A stretch of DNA of 63,733 bases, filler included, from Craspedostauros australis (GCA_030167865.1; 10 parts of 10 records of this genome joined end to end with filler, not necessarily neighbours in it), one strand, 5' to 3'. Numbered from the whole stretch's first letter, positions 36,211-48,286 are shown. Program-made: numbers and translations. The notes: generated from the sequence alone by a model not told the origin.

Positions 36211-38109
36211 TTAGGCGTCCTCCGAATTTCTAGCTTCCAATGTTTGTAGCGCTGATTCCATCTCCAGGATCGCAGCCTTTTGTTCCTCTGTCAGATCCGG
36301 GATGGTATCGAGGTCTGTTGCAAGCTTGTCGGTGCGTGATGAAACATCAACCTCGTCACCGTCGATGCCGCTCTTAGATGCTTGGTCTTTGCCTGGGACT
36401 TCGAGACCGAGACTGAACAAGGCCACCAGCTGTTTTCGAGACAGCGAAGACAGGACTTCCTCGAACTTGGCCGGATCGACGCCAGCTGCCTCGAGGCTCT
36501 CGACGTCTTCATTATCCATCTCCGATGCTTCTGGGTTTATCTCCAGCTCTTCGCTTTCGGCCTTGCGCAGCAGCTCTTCCTTCAGACTCGTGTACTTGCT
36601 GTTCAGATTGGTTTGCAATCGCTCCGTCTTCTTCTCCAGCTCCTCGATCACCCACTCAATATCACTCTCCATGTACCGCGTCTCCTTTGGCGCATTGATG
36701 ATGTCCTTGTCCAGGTCTGGATCCAGTCCCTTCACCCACTCTTCGTCATCCGGATCCCAGTTGTCAAGCTTGGCGTAATCCAAGGATTCGCCGACGAAGT
36801 CTTCATCCTCCATGTCAAGGTCGGCTTCGGCCGACTGCGCCTTCGCGGCCTCCATGAGCTGTTGCTCTCGCGCTTCGCGCTTCTTCTCCTTTTCGGTTCG
36901 AGTGTCTGGCTTTGGCAGCTTGCCCACGGCCGTTGGGAACACACGCCCTTGAGGCGAGTTCGCGCGCAGCGGATCTCGCAATTCCACCGGCGCTCCCAAT
37001 CCAGGTCCAGCATACTCCTCGGCGCCGCCTGTGGTGGTCGCGCTAGATTGAGTCATCGCACGATCGAAGACGAAGAACTGCTTCGGATTCTTCATCAGCA
37101 GCGAAGATCCCTCGCGTTCTTGCGCCTCGACATCGGCAAGCACGCGCAGAGTTGGAACCGGATCTGGCTTGGGCACTTCGCTTTCGTCGGTTTCGGAAAG
37201 CTCTGCGAGATACTGCTGCTGACGCTTCAACAGCGATTTTCTGCCCTGGCTGCGGACCATGGCTCGGAGCTTGGCCTTCTGCTCGAGCGCCTCCTGTTCC
37301 GTGAGTCGTTCGGACGTCCAGAAGTCAGAGTCGATGTTCGCTTCATCGTATGCCTTGTCTTCCATCTCTTCCAACAGCGTCTCCGCTTGGGTCTTGTACG
37401 TTTTCTCGTTGCGCCAAGTGTGCGTCTCGTACTGCCAAAACTTGCTGTCCAGCGAAGGCTCGGGTACCCCGACATACCCGCCTGGCCTGGACCACAGCAG
37501 CTGCTCCGCCTCGTCGGTGAGCGCCGCATCAACCTCTTCCGCGGTCGTCATCCACAACGGTGCCTCCTGCTCTATCTCGTCGATCACCAGCTGCCTCGCC
37601 TTCATGAATAGCTCCTTGTTGGCCTCGCGCTTCTTCTGCTCGGCCTGCAGATGATACTGGAAAGCCATGTCCGTTTGCTTTCGCAGCTCCTCCTGACGCA
37701 TGGCATTCTGCGCGCTGCGAATGTTCTTGGCTCTCTGACGCTCCAGCCTCTTTCTGGTCGACTGCGCCTTCTCCGCTTGGCGTGCGGCCTCATCCTCTTC
37801 CTTGTGGCGCTCGTATTCGGCCTTGTAGTCCTTTCGGAGCTGCTTCACGTTCTTTTTGTAGACGGCCCTTCTGCGGTTGTACTCCTGCGAGATGTCTTTC
37901 AGCTGCTTCTTGTCTGGTTTCGTGGCAACGGCCGCGCCTTCATCCTCGAGGCTGGGCGAGGTTCGGGAGTACCAACGCGTCTGTGTCAATAGGACTGATC
38001 GGTTTGTTGCGCCGGTTGCTGCAGATGCCGTGGTTGCTGTTGGACCAGCAAGCAGAGCTGTGGCTCTGATGGCAGGGGCACGGCTCACCAACGATGCCAA
38101 GCGGATCAT
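36211..38109 (-). CDS. Mitochondrion-targeted coiled-coil protein, possibly mitoribosomal mS26-like with a long C-terminal extension
   Basis: Arg/Ala-rich, acid-free presequence ending near TRWYS. YKKNVKQLRKDYKAE, a long helix and EIEQEAPLWMTTAEEVDAAL resemble the mS26 pattern. The family call is tentative. Confidence 0.6.
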   Translation of the reverse strand: MIRLASLVSRAPAIRATALLAGPTATTASAATGATNRSVLLTQTRWYSRTSPSLEDEGAAVATKPDKKQLKDISQEYNRRRAVYKKNVKQLRKDYKAEYERHKEEDEAARQAEKAQSTRKRLERQRAKNIRSAQNAMRQEELRKQTDMAFQYHLQAEQKKREANKELFMKARQLVIDEIEQEAPLWMTTAEEVDAALTDEAEQLLWSRPGGYVGVPEPSLDSKFWQYETHTWRNEKTYKTQAETLLEEMEDKAYDEANIDSDFWTSERLTEQEALEQKAKLRAMVRSQGRKSLLKRQQQYLAELSETDESEVPKPDPVPTLRVLADVEAQEREGSSLLMKNPKQFFVFDRAMTQSSATTTGGAEEYAGPGLGAPVELRDPLRANSPQGRVFPTAVGKLPKPDTRTEKEKKREAREQQLMEAAKAQSAEADLDMEDEDFVGESLDYAKLDNWDPDDEEWVKGLDPDLDKDIINAPKETRYMESDIEWVIEELEKKTERLQTNLNSKYTSLKEELLRKAESEELEINPEASEMDNEDVESLEAAGVDPAKFEEVLSSLSRKQLVALFSLGLEVPGKDQASKSGIDGDEVDVSSRTDKLATDLDTIPDLTEEQKAAILEMESALQTLEARNSEDA

Positions 38110-38780
38110 GGCAAGCTTTGACACTCTCAGTGGCGGATGACTGCACAGTCAATATGAAGAATGAATGTGAACTCGAAGTCTCCTCGTTCTTACCGGCGCT
38201 GGCTTTATCCTACACTCTGGAGAGTATGATAAAGAATCAGCACCCTTGTTTCGTCACTCTGGTCAGGAACTGCTCATCTTGTGTCGCCACCATGGCCGAA
38301 TACACGGCCTCCGCAGCAACAGCGACAATTGTCGCCAACATCGTTGGCAGCGAGACGGGAGACATCAGCCACACACATCAACACGGCAAGATCTGCGAGT
38401 CAGCAAATCGTGTGGATCGAGTGAGCGTGAAAAAGTCCATCGAGTCGAAAACGGATGAATGGCAGACTGCGTGGATCACACAGCGCCCAAACAAGACCAA
38501 ACAACAAACGGATCAAAAATTCCAGAATCGAAAACAAGGCGATCACCCCAACCACAACAACTTCGCACAACAAGATCCAACACCTAACCACCACCACCAA
38601 AACAAAAACATATCACCGAATGGCGTGGGACACACAAGCACAGAGGATGCAGACGGCGAAGATTGCATCGCTGTTGTTGTTGAAAAACTGAACGACTAAA
38701 TTTATTCGAAATCAAAATCAGAGCCCCATCCGCGCCCTGCGTTGGAGTGTCCAAAACGCAATACGTCAGAACGAAGTCAC

Positions 38781-39249
38781 TTAGGCCTCATCATCCTTGT
38801 CGTCCTTTGGCTCTGGGACGGCCAAGGTGCTCTTGGTCTGGACTGGAGCATCCTCTCCGCACAAAAGACCGGCGTGGCCCTTGATGTTGATGAGGACGGA
38901 GAAGAAGGCGGATCCCAGAATGGTGCAGCCCATGATGACGAAGGCGCTCTTGTATCCNNNNNNNNNNNNNNNNNNNNNNNNNNNNNNNGCTCCAGAGTTG
39001 CCTCCGGCTCCGACGATTCCAGAGATGGATCCTGTGGCCGGTGGGTCGACGTATGGGACGATACCGTATGTGGATCCCTCGGCGGCCTGGACGAACAGAG
39101 AGAAGAAGACCATGACGGCGATGGCACCTCCGAGAGTTCCAGTGTTGGCGAAGACCAGCACAAGAGCTCCCTCGCAGAACAGGAGGATGGTCTGGACCCA
39201 GATGCGTCCGCGCATTCCGATGCTGGCGTTGGCCTTGTCACTGAGGAAG
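38781..39249 (-). CDS. NRT2: Second NRT2 paralog, 3' fragment (internal N gap 38958-38988)
   Basis: GMRGRIWVQTILLFCEG...FSLFVQAAEGSTYGIVPYV...GIVGAGGNSG. Clearly divergent from the first NRT2. Confidence 0.9.
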
Positions 39250-39349
39250 NNNNNNNNNNNNNNNNNNNNNNNNNNNNNNNNNNNNNNNNNNNNTTAATTA
39301 ATTAANNNNNNNNNNNNNNNNNNNNNNNNNNNNNNNNNNNNNNNNNNNN

Positions 39350-39550
39350 CGCGAATTGCGTTCGTGGACGTTGCAATCGCAGAAAGATTGCGTGGCCGTG
39401 CAGTGGGAAGATTCCAGTTTGGTGCATGTGCGCAATACTGTCGACAAAGACAGCGGTGTCGTGCAGATCTATCGGCATGGCGTGATGGCGAAGGATGGGC
39501 GTAGTCGATTTTATGATGTCGTGCGTGTGACGGGCGGTGATGATGGATAG
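39350..39550 (+). CDS. Redundant copy of the 3' end of the TrhO-like gene (haplotig overlap; again at 42312-42512)
   Basis: 39350-40275 is the reverse complement of 19748-20673. Confidence 0.85.
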   Translation, partial: RELRSWTLQSQKDCVAVQWEDSSLVHVRNTVDKDSGVVQIYRHGVMAKDGRSRFYDVVRVTGGDDG

Positions 39551-39678
39551 ATTAGAGCGCAGTCGATCGTGCAGCACAAGGCAGAATATGCAGAATAGGA
39601 TAGCTTGCCGTCTTTCGACAAGTCAACTATTCTACTCCATACAATGAATGTCGTTTTGCAACCCTCTCTCTAACGTTA

Positions 39679-42211
39679 TCAGAATGTGATATTGGTTGGA
39701 CCAATGTAGGTCAGCAGGACGGGTAGGAAGATCAATCCGTGGCCCATCCCCAGCAGGACCAACGTGATCAACATGACGAAGAATCTCCAGAACAGATCCG
39801 ACGATGAAAATCCCATGGCGCAGAATCCCAAGAAGGAGGAAAGTCCTCCCAACAAGATGGAGCCACCGACGGTGGAGAGAGCGTGCCGCACGCGTTCCTC
39901 GCGAGATGAAATGTCGCCGACGGGATTCGTGTTGGGCGCATGCAGATACCCGTGGATGACGTGAACGTTGAAGTCAACAACTGTGCAGAAACGGGGCGGT
40001 GTGATGTCGGTACCAGTATGGTGCGATGCGATGCGTAAATGGCGATTTGCAAGGAAGATGTGAGCGACGATGATGTCGGAACAGCGCAAACAAGCAGTCA
40101 ATGAAGCAATCAATGAAGCAATCAATGAAGCAATCAATGAACCAATCCACACTTCCACCAACGTACCAAAACCGACCGCCATGACGACGAAGAGAACCGT
40201 CAAGGAATTGAGAGCAAACCCTGCCCACGGGATGGCACCAATCACACCCACATCCACCATGGCCGTGATGAATACCGCCAGCACGGGTCCGCTAGGATGC
40301 GGCAACGCCAGCGATGCGACCGCCGTGATGGCCACCAACCCCGCCAGCAATGTCCACAGCACGATGCGTTCGATGCTTACGTAATGTGCCCACACCGTGT
40401 ACCACAGCGAATACGTGAACATGCGCTCGGATTTGCGGTTGCGATTGAGCGATTGCGCACCCGTGATATCGAGCTGCATCTGATAGGCCTCTTCTTGGAA
40501 CTCTGGTGCATTGATGGGCACGTTGTACAAGAAAATCGTGGACGACGCGTCGACGTTGCCCGTGACGGGATCGCGGACCAAGCTCGATGAGTACAATCGG
40601 GAGTACAGATCGATTTCCAAGAAATCATCCAAATCTTCGTTGAAGGTCTTGGTGGTGGCGGTCTCGTTGCGGTAGTCCAAAAAGTCGGTCAACCAAAACG
40701 AGAGCGGCGGAACGATGATGTATGGATGCTGCTCGACGAGATCGTCGACGAAATCGTACATCTGCCGTTGGATGTCGGGATCGGAAACATCAATGTCGCG
40801 AAAGTAGATGGCGGCAAAGCCGCCGCCGACCGTGGGTCCGTACTTTTCGTCCGCGGCGAGGTAGGTATCGACGAAGGACCCGTCGGGCGTGAGGAGCGTG
40901 TAATCAAAGTCCTTTTCGACGGTCGAGGCGCTCATGGAAGACACGACGAGCAAGGCAGTGAATCCGATGAGGACGGCGATCTTGACGAGCGGGTGCATGA
41001 GGACGTCGATGTAAGCCGACACAAAGGCGTCCGTCCATTGTTCGTTTGTAGGTTCGTGGGGTGTTGATTGCGACATTGCTTTTGCGTTTTCGCCACTATC
41101 CACAAGGTCTTTGCTTGCGCCTTCGCCGCCCGTATCTTCGTTGCTGCTTTCATCACTGCAAGGTCGCGACTTGTCTGTGATTCCTGTATTGGCCTGCGTC
41201 TGTTCATCCATATCTTGTGCAGACACCTCCGTCCGGTTGCTATCATGATGCGTGATTGCATTGTCTGTCGTGGGTGCCTTGAGAAAGCACAGCACATCGT
41301 ACCGATTGTCGCGAATACGACGTTCGTTAAGAACGAGTAACGCAATGAAGAAGGTGATCTGAAAGATGAAATCGACAAAAATCGTGACGGCGGCATAGAT
41401 GCACATCCACCGAATCGCGGGGATGTCATTGATGGCGCCGATGGCGAATGCGACCGTGTTTGTCATGGTGGTCGTGAAGATGGCGATGCCGATCTCGTCC
41501 ATGACGATCATGAGCCGGTCCACGATGGGCAGCGACTGATCGCGGATGCGGCCGTACGATCCCCAGATGATGAAGGAATCGTCGAGGCCGATACCAAAGA
41601 TGATGAACGGCAGGATCTGATTCAGAATCGTGAAGGGGACCTTGCCGAGGATACAGACGCCGTAACCGAAGAAGAGACTGAGCATGATGGTGACCATGGC
41701 GCCGGCTCCGAGGATCGCGCTGGAATGGACGAAGCGATTGCCGTTGGCGTCCTTGGAGAAGGTGGTGAAGACCAAGGCTGAGAAGATGCCCATGATGAGG
41801 AAGGTGGCAACGGCCAGCGGCAGATCCGCGATGACGGCCTTGGCGGTCTCCCTGCTGATGCTGGACATCGCCAAGACTTCGACGCGGTACGGCTCGTCGC
41901 CACCGGCTTCCTCCTCCCACCGCTGATTGAGAAGGAGCACGGCCTGCGTCATTTCGGTCTCGTAATCACCATAATCGTTGCGATTGTCCGGACTGGGAAT
42001 GTAGACCTCCATCTTGTAGGCCACCATCGATTGCAGGACGGGTACGTCCTCGAATTTGGTCGTGGGAGAGTAGATTCGTTCTCTGGGTGCCGGCTGACCA
42101 TCCACCAGCGTGTCGTCTGAGATGCGTAACGCGATCTGACCATCGATCTCGCTGGCGTCGTACTGATCCACGAACTCGTCAAAGGCGTGAAGCTGGCTGT
42201 CGTACCAGAAC
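39679..42211 (-). CDS. Patched/NPC1-like sterol-sensing-domain protein, allele A, 5'-partial, intron 39981-40166
   Basis: SSD motif ILPFIIFGIGLDDSF, GIAIFTTTMTN, IPAIRWMCIYAA and QITFFIALLVLNERR. Second TM bundle with GFVVDF after splicing. Confidence 0.9.
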
Positions 42212-42640
42212 NNNNNNNNNNNNNNNNNNNNNNNNNNNNNNNNNNNNNNNNNNNNTTAATTAATTAANNNNNNNNNNNNNNNNNNNNNNNNNNNNNNNNN
42301 NNNNNNNNNNNCGCGAATTGCGTTCGTGGACGTTGCAATCGCAGAAAGATTGCGTGGCCGTGCAGTGGGAAGATTCCAGTTTGGTGCATGTGCGCAATAC
42401 TGTCGACAAAGACAGCGGTGTCGTGCAGATCTATCGGCATGGCGTGATGGCGAAGGATGGGCGTAGTCGATTTTATGATGTCGTGCGTGTGACGGGCGGT
42501 GATGATGGATAGATTAGAGCGCAGTCGATCGTGCAGCACAAGGCAGAATATGCAGAATAGGATAGCTTGCCGTCTTTCGACAAGTCAACTATTCTACTCC
42601 ATACAATGAATGTCGTTTTGCAACCCTCTCTCTAACGTTA

Positions 42641-45173
42641 TCAGAATGTGATATTGGTTGGACCAATGTAGGTCAGCAGGACGGGTAGGAAGATCAATCC
42701 GTGGCCCATCCCCAGCAGGACCAACGTGATCAACATGACGAAGAATCTCCAGAACAGATCCGACGATGAAAATCCCATGGCGCAGAATCCCAAGAAGGAG
42801 GAAAGTCCTCCCAACAAGATGGAGCCACCGACGGTGGAGAGAGCGTGCCGCACGCGTTCCTCGCGAGATGAAATGTCGCCGACGGGATTCGTGTTGGGCG
42901 CATGCAGATACCCGTGGATGACGTGAACGTTGAAGTCAACAACTGTGCAGAAACGGGGCGGTGTGATGTCGGTACCAGTATGGTGCGATGCGATGCGTAA
43001 ATGGCGATTTGCAAGGAAGATGTGAGCGACGATGATGTCGGAACAGCGCAAACAAGCAGTCAATGAAGCAATCAATGAAGCAATCAATGAAGCAATCAAT
43101 GAACCAATCCACACTTCCACCAACGTACCAAAACCGACCGCCATGACGACGAAGAGAACCGTCAAGGAATTGAGAGCAAACCCTGCCCACGGGATGGCAC
43201 CAATCACACCCACATCCACCATGGCCGTGATGAATACTGCCAGCACGGGTCCGCTAGGATGCGGCAACGCCAGCGATGCGACCGCCGTGATGGCCACCAA
43301 CCCTGCCAGCAATGTCCACAGCACGATGCGTTCGATGCTTAAGTAATGTGCCCACACCGTGTACCACAGCGAATACGTGAACATGCGCTCGGATTTGCGG
43401 TTGCGATTGAGCGGTTGCGCACCCGTGATATCGAGCTGCGTCTGATAGGCCTCTTCTTGGAACTCTGGCGCATTGATGGGCACGTTGTACAAGAAAATCG
43501 TGGACGACGCGTCGACGTTGCCCGTGACGGGATCGCGGACCAAACTCGATGAGTACAATCGGGAGTACAGATCGATTTCCAAGAAATCATCCAAATCTTC
43601 GTTGAAGGTCTTGGTGGTGGCGGTCTCGTTGCGGTAGTCCAAAAAGTCGGTCAACCAAAACGAGAGCGGCGGAACGATGATGTATGGATGCTGCTCGACG
43701 AGATCGTCGACGAAATCGTACATTTGCCGTTGGATGTCGGGATCGGAAACATCAATGTCGCGAAAGTAGATCAAGGCAAAGCCACCGCTGGCCGTGGGTC
43801 CGTACTTCTCGTCCGCCGCTAGGTACGCATCGACGAAGGACCCGTCGGGCGTGAGGAGCGTGTAATCAAAGTCCTTTTCGACGGTCGAGGCACTCATGGA
43901 AGACACGACAAGCAAGGCGGCGAATCCGATGAGGACGGCGATCTTGACGAGCGGGTGCATGAGGACGTCGATGTAAGCCGACACAAAGGCATCCGTCCAT
44001 TGTTCGTTTGTAGGTTCGTGGGGTGTTGATTGCGACATTGCTTTCGCGTTTTCGCCACTATCCACAAGGTCTTTGCTTGCGCCTTCGCCGCCCGTATCTT
44101 CTTTGCTGCTTTCATCACTGCAAGGTTGCGACTTGTCAGTGATTCCTGTATTGGCCTGCGTCTGTTCATCCATATCTTGTGGAGACGCCCCCGTTCGGTT
44201 GCTTTCATGATGCGTGATCGCATTATCTGTCATGGGTGCCTTGAGAAAGCACAGCACATCGTACCGATTGTCGCGAATACGACGTTCGTTGAGAACGAGT
44301 AACGCAATGAAGAAGGTGATCTGAAAGATGAAATCGACAAAGATCGTGACGGCGGCATAGATGCACATCCACCGAATCGCGGGGATATCATTGATGGCGC
44401 CGATGGCGAATGCGACCGTGTTTGTCATGGTGGTCGTGAAGATGGTGATACCGATCTCGTCCATGACGATCATGAGCCGGTCCATGATGGGCAGCGACTG
44501 ATCGCGGATGCGGCCGTACGATCCCCAGATGATGAAGGAATCGTCGAGGCCGATACCAAAGATGATGAACGGCAGGATCTGATTCAGAATCGTGAAGGGG
44601 ACCTTGCCGAGGATACAGACGCCGTAACCGAAGAAGAGACTGAGCATGATGGTGACCATGGCGCCGGCTCCGAGGATCGCGCTGGAATGGACGAAGCGAT
44701 TGCCGTTGGCGTCCTTGGAGAAGGTGGTGAAGACCAAGGCTGAGAAGATGCCCATGATGAGGAAGGTGGCAACGGCCAGCGGCAGATCCGCGATGACGGC
44801 CTTGGCGGTCTCCCTGCTGATGCTGGACATCGCCAAGACTTCGACGCGGTACGGCTCGTCGCCACCGGCTTCCTCCTCCCACCGCTGATTGAGAAGGAGC
44901 ACGGCCTGCGTCATTTCGGTCTCGTAATCACCATAATCGTTGCGATTGTCCGGACTGGGAATGTAGACCTCCATCTTGTAGGCCACCATCGATTGCAGGA
45001 CGGGTACGTCCTCGAATTTGGTCGTGGGAGAGTAGATTCGTTCTCTGGGTGCCGGCTGACCATCCACCAGCGTGTCGTCTGAGATGCGTAACGCGATCTG
45101 ACCATCGATCTCGCTGGCGTCGTACTGATCCACGAACTCGTCAAAGGCGTGAAGCTGGCTGTCGTACCAGAAC
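42641..45173 (-). CDS. Patched/NPC1-like protein, allele B, 5'-partial, intron 42943-43128
   Basis: Contig has the same length (2862 bp) and same ends as 39350-42211, with 17 aa differences in the central part. Confidence 0.9.
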
Positions 45174-45273
45174 NNNNNNNNNNNNNNNNNNNNNNNNNNN
45201 NNNNNNNNNNNNNNNNNTTAATTAATTAANNNNNNNNNNNNNNNNNNNNNNNNNNNNNNNNNNNNNNNNNNNN

Positions 45274-45953
45274 CTGCTGTTGACATTGCTGTTGACATTG
45301 CTGTTGCTCTCTCCGTTCACATGTCCGCTCGTGGCTGCACCCCCAACAGCATTCATGTCGGAGTTGGAACCGGAGTTGGAAGTCGTTGTGGGAATCACGA
45401 TGAGGTTGTGAATGTGGGAATCATGATCGCCGAACTCCGACTGGACCGTGTGGAATGCCTTGGTCAATGATTGCTCCACGAAGAGGGTCTCGTCAGGGTT
45501 GAGGGTATCCATCGCGATTCCATCAAGCGTAACTCTGGCTTGGAAGACGGTGCGATGGTTGGCGATGTGAGCGGCGGTGGGCTGGTTGCTGTCGTTGATC
45601 AGAGCATCACTTGAGGATGATGTATGGACATGTGGGATATCGACAGATGGTTGAGCACTCGAATGGGACTTGGATTGCTTGTGGAGCTTGTGGGCAGACT
45701 TTCGAGTTGTCTGCTTTGAAGTCTGCTTTGAAGTCTTGCTCGAAGTGGACTTGAATGATGGCGATGCGTCTCCCAGTCTTGCTGCTCCCGTTGTTGGTGA
45801 TGGTGATGGTGATGGTCTAACTTTGGCTGATGAGGCTCTGAGAGTTCCCGCAGCCACACCTGGCGGAGAGAGAGAGGATAGATCCCCGAAAAGGAGGAAC
45901 ATGTAGGCCAATGCTGTTGCTACTTTCGTTGTTGATGGCATCATCGTCGTCAT
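45274..45953 (-). CDS. Putative secreted protein, 5' part, unknown function
   Basis: N-terminal hydrophobic signal (VATALAYMFLLF), an S/T/K-rich linker, then RTVFQARVTLDG...LFVEQSLTKAF. Runs into the contig end. Confidence 0.7.
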
Positions 45954-46656
45954 TGTCTTGGCTGTGATGTTGTGACTGTTGTTTCTGTTGTTGATGATGA
46001 TGTTGGTGAAGTTGACAGTGACAGTGTCAGTAACAGTGATGGTGGGTGTGGAAGTGCTGCCTCAAATGTTTGTGAGGGAATGAGGTTGCAGCGAAGGAGT
46101 GAGCTGCTCGATGATGCATGTGTGCCTGCATTTCCATATCGATGAAACTGTGATGTGTGGCGAGATAGAGCATAGTTTGGTGTGGTGTGGTGTGGTGTGG
46201 TGTGGTACGGCGTGGTTTGATTCAGTTTGATGCCTTCTGATGCCATTCCTTGATTGTTTCTGCCACCGACGGTCCACTCTCATTACGTGTCATCACATCT
46301 CATCAGAGAGAGAGAGAAAGAGAACGAAGAGAGACTGAATCGGAGGGAACCACGATGGTGACACGTTGCTGTCCATTTTCGTCATTCCTGGGTCGCTGAT
46401 CATCGATCCATCACCGAGTCCATGATCAGATCAATTCAAATGTCCCTCCATCGATGATGCAGCGTTCGTTGTCTTCGCCTTCTTCGTTCGCCCTCATCAT
46501 TGTTCTCATCGTTACCCTCTTCCGAAAGTATGATCGAAAGTATGGTCGTCTCGTTTGTTGTCACATGTTCGTTGTTTTTGTTGGTGTTGTCATTGGTTTT
46601 GGCTTTTGTTGTGTTGTTTGTTCGTGTTGGCATCTTGCCGTTCCTTGTTGTTCTCT

Positions 46657-46686
46657 TCATGACGTCATGACATCATGACGTCATGA
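46657..46686. promoter_or_regulatory. Double palindromic CRE/bZIP site (TCATGACGTCATGA x2); copy at 48990-49019
   Basis: Two perfect 14-bp palindromes with a 16-bp period, about 700 bp upstream of the secreted-protein ATG. Confidence 0.5.
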
Positions 46687-47198
46687 CACATCACAGTTTC
46701 GGCTGTCCTGATCGTGACTCAGATATCTCGTGAATAGATGGATCAATGAAACAACTGACGAACGAACCAAGACCAATGAGATGGAGATCAGGGGTGGCAC
46801 CATAGCTCGTGCCTTTGCGTTCCCACGAGTATTAGTACATGTTGCTTGACGGAGCTACGAGTAGAGTATGTACTATAATAGTGTGTATGGCATCACTATG
46901 TTCAACGAACATAGATCTACCTACCTACGCTTGCAAGACACATAGGTACGAGTACTCAAGGTTCACGTGTATTCATTCGCATCACGCTGCCTGTTCGTAC
47001 GTTGTCCAAGTATCAGTATGTTGTGTTCCTTTGTGGGCCGCTATCTCTCAACTCCACTCTGATGCTGTCGGCAGCGCCACTCGTCCTGGTGAAGTCTCGC
47101 TGTGGTGTTGGCGTTGGTGTTGATTTTGATGCTGTTGGTGGCACAGGTGCAGAATTAGCAGCTCTGTGTCCGTGTGCGGTACGAATACATCGCGGATC

Positions 47199-47506
47199 TC
47201 ACCGTGACTTCTTGTGCAGAATCACATGGTATCTGGCGCGTTTGTGATGGACGATCTCTACCTCATCCTCATACACATCCCATTTGTACATGTTGGGTCC
47301 CTTCTCTTTCCAAAATTCATGGCTCGCACCACCCCAATCGTGCGGAGCAACGCAGATCGGAAGCGCCACTTGCTGAACGAAAATGTATGCGCCCGGCTTG
47401 GCGATTCGCAGCATTTCCTTCACCCACATATTGGCCCATTGCTCTTGCTTCTCTGCTTCTAGTTGGAGAATGATCTTGGTTTTCCAATCGTCCTCTTCTG
47501 GATTGC
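47199..47506 (-). CDS. 3' end of SAM-dependent methyltransferase, divergent allele or paralog
   Basis: EMLRIAKPG...DWGG...RYHVILHKK, homologous to 49535-49836. Confidence 0.8.
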
Positions 47507-47606
47507 NNNNNNNNNNNNNNNNNNNNNNNNNNNNNNNNNNNNNNNNNNNNTTAATTAATTAANNNNNNNNNNNNNNNNNNNNNNNNNNNNNNNNNNNNNN
47601 NNNNNN

Positions 47607-48286
47607 CTGCTGTTGACATTGCTGTTGACATTGCTGTTGCTCTCTCCGTTCACATGTCCGCTCGTGGCTGCACCCCCAACAGCATTCATGTCGGAGTTGG
47701 AACCGGAGTTGGAAGTCGTTGTGGGAATCACGATGAGGTTGTGAATGTGGGAATCATGATCGCCGAACTCCGACTGGACCGTGTGGAATGCCTTGGTCAA
47801 TGATTGCTCCACGAAGAGGGTCTCGTCAGGGTTGAGGGTATCCATCGCGATTCCATCAAGCGTAACTCTGGCTTGGAAGACGGTGCGATGGTTGGCGATG
47901 TGAGCGGCGGTGGGCTGGTTGCTGTCGTTGATCAGAGCATCACTTGAGGATGATGTATGGACATGTGGGATATCGACAGATGGTTGAGCACTCGAATGGG
48001 ACTTGGATTGCTTGTGGAGCTTGTGGGCAGACTTTCGAGTTGTCTGCTTTGAAGTCTGCTTTGAAGTCTTGCTCGAAGTGGACTTGAATGATGGCGATGC
48101 GTCTCCCAGTCTTGCTGCTCCCGTTGTTGGTGATGGTGATGGTGATGGTCTAACTTTGGCTGATGAGGCTCTGAGAGTTCCCGCAGCCACACCTGGCGGA
48201 GAGAGAGAGGATAGATCCCCGAAAAGGAGGAACATGTAGGCCAATGCTGTTGCTACTTTCGTTGTTGATGGCATCATCGTCGTCAT
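47607..48286 (-). CDS. Second copy of the putative secreted protein 5' part (haplotig)
   Basis: Same translation as 45274-45953. Confidence 0.7.

Noticed and set aside
36382..37611. Long antisense ORFs (also 20875-21885, 2552-3253, 23356-24381)
   Set aside because: Opposite-strand shadows of real genes, caused by codon bias.
39350..45173. Apparent tandem duplication of the Patched and TrhO genes
   Set aside because: Separate contigs with identical ends that overlap contig 2; best explained as alleles of one locus.
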